From contig NC_091283.1 of the NCBI RefSeq assembly GCF_032444005.1, positions 45,136,001 to 45,200,000 on the forward strand: a DNA stretch of 64,000 nucleotides. Direction: 5' to 3'. Every line of letters begins with the position of its first letter. The first letter of the stretch is position 1. The notes under the pieces were generated by a model. That model had not been told where the DNA came from and searched no databases. It saw nothing but the letters and a program-made list of their open reading frames with translations. Below are positions 56,901-64,000 of the stretch, piece after piece. A program made the translations under genes and the position numbers. This DNA is from Ranitomeya imitator (Eukaryota).

Positions 56901-57844
56901 CTGTAAACACAGAGTAGAATTCTATTGACTATTTTGGTGTGCATTCCATAGGGATGCAAATAGCAGCGGAATAAAAATCTGTAGCAATTTTGCTGGGGAA
57001 CCTGAAGCGGTGCTTGTGTTTTTTTTTGTTTTTGTTTTTTTCTGTGCACCCTGTGTATTAAAAATGTTGAAGACTTTTTTTTTTTGCACAGGGTCTGGAT
57101 GAGATTTGTCAGAATGTTATCGATTTTGCTGCTAACTGTAATCCACTTTGAATTTTCCACTCGGAAAGCGTAAAATGGCAGGCAGTGGATTTGGTGCAGC
57201 AATTTTTGTGCCTGCTATAATAATTTGGGTGGGGTTTCCAAAAATCTATGCACCCAATGCATAACCAGCCCAAACAAATTGTGGGATGGATTTTCAGTTG
57301 TGGAATCTTCTTCCTGAGTGGGGTCCCCCTGTTTTGGGTTATGCCTTACTGAGCTGCTCCCCGCCACAAACCACTGATCGGATGCCGGTGGGGTAGGGTT
57401 ATGGCAGTAGTACTTGCAGTATAGGTCTTGGCTGGTATTGACAGGCATAGGTTACCGTACTTGTCAGAAGTAATGGCTGCCTCTAGTGTGGGCAGGTAAC
57501 AGGCCGCTATCATCTATAGCATCTCTATAATTAGTGGCGGTGACACAGATGAGTGTCCCAGGATGCCGGTTTGTCAAGGTCTGGTGAGGCCATCACTTAC
57601 TAGCACGTTGGCACACTTCCACAGCTAACTAATCTGACCTCCTGTCAGGTCACGTTGCTTGTAATTTCCATTTTGGGGTTCATCTTATCCATAAATTCTA
57701 TGAATCTAGTTACGGGTAACTCCATTTTAATTTAGTATAATAATGTCCCATTGGCAAATTAAATTTGGTTATCATTAATTTATATGTGGAGGTTCCTGAC
57801 GCCAAATCTGCTCAATCAATATTTGTTGTCACAATGCAGGTTAA

Positions 57845-60800
57845 CTCCAGTGTTCTCTGCTGCTCATGCTGTCCTTCCAGTCCCCAGTAATGTGCTGTGT
57901 GCAGTGACTGCAGTGTACTCTGCTGTTCATGCTGTACTTCCAGTCCCCAGTAATGTGCTCTGTGTGCAGTGACTGCAGTGTACTCTGCTGTTCATGCTGT
58001 ACTCCCAGTCCCCAGTAATGTGCTCTGTGTGCAGTGACTGCAGTGTACTCTGCTGCTCATGCTGTACTTCCAGTCCCCAGTAATGTGCTCTGTGTGCAGT
58101 GACTGCAGTGTACTCAGCTGCTCATGCTGTACTTCCGGTCACCAGTAATGTGCTGTGTGCAGTGACTGCAGTGTACTCTGCTGCTCATGCTCTGCTGTTC
58201 ATGCTGTACTTCCAGTCCCCAGTAATGTGCTCTGTGTGCAGTGACTGCAGTGTACTCAGCTGCTCATGCTGTACTTCCGGTCACCAGTAATGTGCTGTGC
58301 GCAGTGACTGCAGTGTACTCTGCTGCTCATGCTGTGCTTCCTGTCCCTAGTAATGTGCTGTGCGCAGTGACTGCAGTGTACTCAGCTGCTCATGCTGTAC
58401 TTCCGGTCACCAGTAATGTGCTGTGTGCAGTGACTGCAGTGTACTCAGCTGCTCATGCTGTACTTCCAGTCCCCAGTAATGTGCAGTGACTGCAGTGTTC
58501 TCTGCTGCTCATGCTCTGCTGCTCATGCTGTACTTCCGGTCACCAGTAATGTGCTGTGTGCAGTGCCTGCAGTGTACTCAGCTGCTCATGCTGTACTTCC
58601 GGTCCCCAGTAATGTGCTCTGTGTGCAGTGACTGCAGTGTACTCTGCTCTTCATGCTGTACTTCCAGTCCCCAGTAATGTGCTCTGCGTGCAGTGACTGC
58701 TGTGTTCTCTGCTGCTCATGCTCTGCTGCTCATGCTGTACTTCCAGTCCCCAGTAATATGCTCTGTGTGCAGTGACTGCAGTGTACTCTGCTCTTCATGC
58801 TGTGCTTCCAGTCCCCAGTAATATGCTCTGTCTGCAGTGACTGCAGTGTACTCTGCTCTTCATGCTGTACTTCCAGTCCCCAGTAATGTACTCTGCATGC
58901 AGTGACTGCAGTGTTCTCTGCTGCTCATGCTCTGCTGCTCATGCTGTACTTCCGGCCACCAGTAATGTGCTGTGTGCAGTGACTGCAGTGTACTCAGCTG
59001 CTCATGCTGTACTTCCGGTCACCAGTAATGTGCTGTGTGCAGTGACTGCAGTGTACTCAGCTGCTCATGCTGTGCTTCCGGTCCCCAGTAATGTGCTCTG
59101 TGTGTAGTGACTGCAGTGTACTCAGCTGCTCATGCTGTACTTCCAGTCTCCAGTAATGTGCTCTGTGTGCAGTGACTGCAGTATACTCTGCTGTTCATGC
59201 TGTACTTCCAGTCCCTGTAATGTGCTCTGTGTGCAGTGACTGCAGTGTACTCTGCTGCTCTTACTGTTCCCAGTAATGTGCAGTGACTGCAGTGTACTCT
59301 GCTTCTCATTCTGTACTTCCAGTCACCAGTAATGTGCTTTGTGTGCAGTGACTGCAGTGTACTCTGCTGCTGATGCTGTGCTTCCAGTCCCCAGTAATGT
59401 GCTTTGTGTACAGTGACTGCAGTGTACTCTGCTGCTGATGCTGTGCTTCCAGTCCCCAGTAATGTGCTTTGTGTGCAGTGACTGCAGTGTACTCTGCTGC
59501 TCATGCTGTGCTTCCAGTCCCAAGTAATGTGCTTTGTGTGCAGTGACTGCGGTGTACTCTGTGCTCATGTTGTGTTTCCAGTCTCCATAATGTGCAGTCA
59601 CTGCAGTGTACTTTGCTGCTCATGCTGTGCCTCCAGTTTCCAGTAGTATGTTCTGTGTGCAGTGACTGCAGTGTTCTCTGCTGTTCATCCTGTGCTTCCA
59701 GTTCCCAGTAATGTGCTGTATGTGCAGTGACTGCAGTGTACTCTGCTGCTCATTCTGTGCTTCCATTAACCAGTAATGTGCTCTGCATGCAGTGACTGCA
59801 GTGTACTATTCTGCTCATACTGTGCTTCCAGTCTCCAGTAATGTGCTCTCTGTGCAGTGACTGCGGTGTACTCTGCTGCTCATGCTGTGCTTCCTGTCCC
59901 CTGTAATGTGCAGTGACTGCAGTGTACTCTTCTGCTCATTCTGTGGTTCCAGTCTCCAGTAATGTGCTCTGTGTGCAGTTGCTACAGTGTACTCTGTGCT
60001 CATGTTATGTTTCCAGTCTCCATAATGTGCAGTGACTGAGGTGTACTCTGCTGCTCATGCTGTGCCTCCAGTTTCCAGTAGTATGCTCTGTGTGCAGTGA
60101 CTGCAGTGTACTCTGCTGCTTATGCTGTGCTTCCAGTCACCATTAGGCTACGTTCATATTTACGCCTTTGGGCGCAGTGTCGTCGACGCATACCGACGCA
60201 TGCGTCACGCGCCCCTATCTCTAACATGGGGGGCGCATGGACATGCGCCGGTATGCGTTGTACTGCGTTTTACGACGCATGCGTCATATAGACGCACAGA
60301 CAGGGCGCAGAGGACGCTACTTGTAGCGTTTTTCCTGCGCCGAAATTCCTGCTCTGTGCTTTTTTAAGGCAACGCATGCGTCGCAAAACACAGCGTTCTG
60401 CACATGCGTTGTTGGATGTGTCGCGTTGCCGACGCTGCGCCCAACAACGCAAATGTGAACGTAGCCTTAGTATGCTGTGTGCAGTGACTGCAGTGTTCTC
60501 TGCTGCTCATCCTGTGCTTCCAATTCCCAGTAATGTGCTGTGTGCAGTGACTGCAGTGTACTCTGCTGCTCATGCTGTACTTTCAGTTCCCAGTAATGTG
60601 CTGTGTGCAGTGACTGCAGTGTACTCTGCTGCTTATGCTGTTCTTCCTGTCCCCAGTAATGTGATCTGTGTGCAGTAACTGCAGTGTACTTCTGCTGCTC
60701 ATGGTATCCTTCCTGTCCCCAGTAATGTGCTGTGTGCAGTGACTGCAGTGTATGTGCTCTGTGTGCAGTGACTGCAGTGTGCTCTGCTGCTCATGCTGTG

Positions 60801-61800
60801 CTTCCTATCCCCAGTAATGTGCTCTGTGTGCAGTGACTGCAGTGTACTCTGCTGCTCATGCTGTCCTTCCTATCCCCAGTAATGTGCTGTGTGCAGTGAC
60901 TGCAGTGTACTCTGCTGCTCATGCTGTGCTTCCAGTCACCAGTAATGTGCTGTGTGCAGTTTCTGCAGTGTACTCTGCTGCTCATGTTGTGCTTCCTGTC
61001 CCCAGTAATGTGCTGTGTGTGCAGTGACTGCAGTGTACTCTGCTGCTCGTGCTGTGCTTCCTGTTCCCAGTAATGTGCTGTGTGCAGTGACTGCAGTGTA
61101 CTCTGCTGCTCATGCTTTGCTTCCTATCCCCAGTAATGTGCTGCGTGCAGTGACTGCAGTGTTTGTGCTGTGTGTGCAGTGACTGCAGTGTACTCTGCTG
61201 CTCATGCTGTGCTTCCAGTCACCAGTAATGTGCTGTGTGCAGTTTCTGCAGTGTACTCTGCTGCTCATGTTGTGCTTCCTGTCCCCAGTAATGTGCTGTG
61301 TGTGCAGTGACTGCAGTGTACTCTGCTGCTCATGCTGTGCTTCCTGTCCCCAGTAATGTGCAGTGACTGCAGTGTTCTCTGCTGCTCATGTTGTGCTTCC
61401 TGTCCCCAGTAATGTGCAGTGACTGCAGTGTTCTCTGCTGCTCATGTTGTGCTTCCTGTCCCCAGTAATGTGCTGTGTGTGCAGTGACTGCAGTGTTCTC
61501 TGCTGCTCATGCTGTGCTTCCTGTCCCCAGTAATGTGCAGTGACTGCAGTGTACTCTGCTGCTCATGTTGTGCTTCCTGTCCCCAGTAATGTGCTGTGTG
61601 CAGTGACTGCCATGTACTCTGCTGCTCATGCTGTGCTTCCTGTTCCCAGTAATGTGCTGTGTGTGCAGTGACTGCAGTGTACTCTGCTGCTCATGCTGTG
61701 CTTCCTGTCCCCAGTAATGTGCAGTGACTGCAGTGTTCTCTGCTGCTCATGCTGTGCTTCCTGTCCCCAGTAATGTGCAGTGACTGCAGTGTGCTCTGTT
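57845..61800. repeat. ~63-bp minisatellite (GTGCAGTGACTGCAGTGTACTCTGCTGCTCATGCTGTACTTCCAGTCCCCAGTAATGTGCTGT)n
   Basis: About 55-60 diverged units, interrupted by a MITE at 60146-60466. Confidence 0.95.
60146..60466. mobile_element. PIF/Harbinger-type MITE inserted in the 63-bp array
   Basis: TTA|GGCTACGTTCA...TGAACGTAGCC|TTA (TTA TSD). Confidence 0.88.
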
Positions 61801-62568
61801 GCTCATGGCTTGGATATTTTTGGGATTGATGTCACCTTTGTTCTGCTTGGTAACATTTAGCCCACGGCTTAGTATTTGAGTCGTCTATGAGACACCTCTA
61901 TCCATTACTAATCCTATAGTAATATGGTAAATAAAGGCACAGCCAGAATAAAGTCTTTTATTTGCAATAAAAACCAAACGCTCCTTCCTATTTTTATTGT
62001 AACATAACAAACATATTTATACTGCCCTAATGCTCATTGCTTTGAAGCCAAGGGGTCCCTATCTCTTACCTGTCCGACTTTCTGTTCCACAACGTAATCC
62101 ATGTCAGGGTATTGATAGTTGCCAACCTGGATGGTGCCAATATGCGACTGTCCAACCTGAGAATCACTGATGAATGAGCTGCTGAGATCGCAGCATCAGT
62201 GGTCTGCTGTGAACTCACTGAGCTGAACTGCGGTGAACTCAGTGAGTTTTTCTCACTGTGCTGAGATCTTCGTAGTTCAGCCTGGCTTTTATGCAGCCTC
62301 AGTGACCGATGGTAACCTCGATGATTTCACTGCTGATCAATGATGTGCAGCAGCTCATTCACCAGTGGTTCTCAGCGTAGACGGTTGCCTCTTGGCACCA
62401 TCCAGGTTGAAAACTATTAATCACGAGACATGGGATTACAGCGTGGGACAGAGCGTCATACAGGTGAGGCATATTTTTTTATTTATTTTTTGTTTTATTA
62501 TAGTAGACGAGGGATTCAGTGGAATTAGGCATTAGGTATGTATAACTGTGTTTGCTATTTTTAATTAA

Positions 62569-64000
62569 TCCCTTAACGACTGCTGATACGCCTTTTTAAT
62601 GGTGGCAGTTAAGGGTGCTTATTCCTCATCGCCGCTTTTTTACGGCTCTGAGAAATAAGTATATAGCGCCCCCCGGCGTCGGAATTTCTCCAGGGTCTCG
62701 GCTAACGAAGGTAGCTGAGACCCTGGATAACATGATTTGGGTCGATTTTTACCTATTCAAGTGTTGCGATCGCCGTTATAAACGGAATAACGTCGACCGC
62801 AAAAAAAAAAGTCAGATTTCCCATTTAATTTCTCTCTCCTGTGATGTGATCAGATCAGAAGAGAGAGAAATGGGGTCCCCCAATCTTCCCCCGGTACCTC
62901 CGGCATCCCTGGATCCTACTGCATCACACCGTGATGTCACCCTGCCATCAGCGTCGTCTTCTGGGAAGAAAATGGCAGGCGCATGTGCAGTGCGCCCACT
63001 GAGATCTGCCGGCCGGCACCCAGCAACAATAGGAAATTTTTCCTATTGGTTCATTTTGATCAAAATAAAAAAAAAATAAATAAATCAAACCCCCCTTTTA
63101 TCATCCCCTTAGGTCAAAATAATAGAAAAAAATGTATTTATTTCCATTTTTCCAATAGGGTTAGGGTTAGGGTTAGGGCTAAAGTTAGGATTGGGCAAAA
63201 GTTAGTGTTGTGCTAAAATTAGTGTTGGGCTAAAGTTAAGGGTTGTGATTAGGGTTATGGTTGGGATTAGGGTTTGGGGTGGGTTGTGGTTACTGTTATG
63301 GTTAGGATTAGGGTTAGGGGTGTTTTGGGGTTAGGGTTGGAGTTAGAATTGGGGGGGTTCCACTATTTAGGTGCATCAGGGGGTCTACGCAGCAAGGCAC
63401 CGCCCTTGATTCCAGGCAATTTTGCATTCATAAAGTCAAACTGTGCTCTCCCTCCTGAGCCTTGCCATGCACCCAAACAGTGGCTTTCCCCCACATACAG
63501 GATATCTGTACTCAGGAGAAATTGCACAACAAATTTTGTGGTCCATTTTCTCCTGGTACCTTTGTGAAAGTAAAAATAAAAATTTGGTTCCAAAGTAATT
63601 TTTTTGTGGAGAAAAAAAAAAAAGATAATTTTTTTCCATCCACATTGCTTTAGTTCTCGTGAAGCACCTGAAGGGTTAATAAACTTCTTGAATGTGTTTT
63701 TGTGCACCTTGAGGAGTGCAGTTTTTAGAATGGTGTCACTTTTGGGTATTTTCTGTTCTATTGACCCCCTTCAAACTCACTTCAAATGTGAGGTGGTCCC
63801 TAAAAAAAAATGGTTTTGTAAAATTTTGTTGTAAAAATTAGAGCACGCTAGTCAACTTTTAACCCTTATAACGTTCTAACAAAAAAAAAATATGTTTCCA
63901 AAATTGTGCTGATGTAAAGTTGACATGTGGGAAATGTTATTTATTACCTATTTTGTGTGACACTACTCTCTTATTTAAGTGTACAAAAATTAAAAGTTTG
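62569..64000 (+). mobile_element. Left part of another copy of the piggyBac-type non-autonomous family, with a degenerate (TTAGGG)n tract at 63156-63350
   Basis: TTAA|TCCCTTAACGACTGCTGATACGCC is homologous to 26988 onward; downstream sequence is homologous to 1-1500. Confidence 0.75.

Noticed and set aside
32446-61800. Most minisatellite unit lengths are multiples of 3 (39, 36, 24, 21, 21, 63)
   Set aside because: The sample is small and not independent, with counter-examples (22 and ~29-31 bp); this is not evidence of coding.

Overview
Vertebrate genomic DNA, most likely an anuran amphibian (inferred from the frog-type TTAA/TWA MITE and Tc1 repeat landscape). The only host protein-coding gene I can reconstruct is znf541 on the minus strand. 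It has 10 phase-consistent GT-AG coding exons from 15142 to 4943 (808 codons), encoding three N-terminal C2H2 fingers, a YTPPPMLSP motif, ELM2 and the first two-thirds of a SANT domain; the 3' exons were not found in the window. There are three CpG-rich promoter-like regions (~17.0-17.3, ~35.6-36.2 and ~41.7-42.1 kb). The last has a plus-strand first exon that may belong to bicra by mammalian synteny. The rest is repeat: two full-length Tc1 elements with intact DD34E transposase ORFs, several decayed Tc1s, piggyBac-type non-autonomous elements carrying telomere-like repeats, many PIF/Harbinger- and T2-type MITEs, and about eight minisatellite arrays that produce nearly all the long ORFs in the track. 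The most unusual items are an 850-bp near-perfect palindrome flanked by a 14-bp direct repeat just past the last visible znf541 exon, and head-to-head minimal hammerhead-ribozyme-like motifs, one with a compensatory A3-U8 core pair. All comparisons to known proteins and families are from memory, not database searches.
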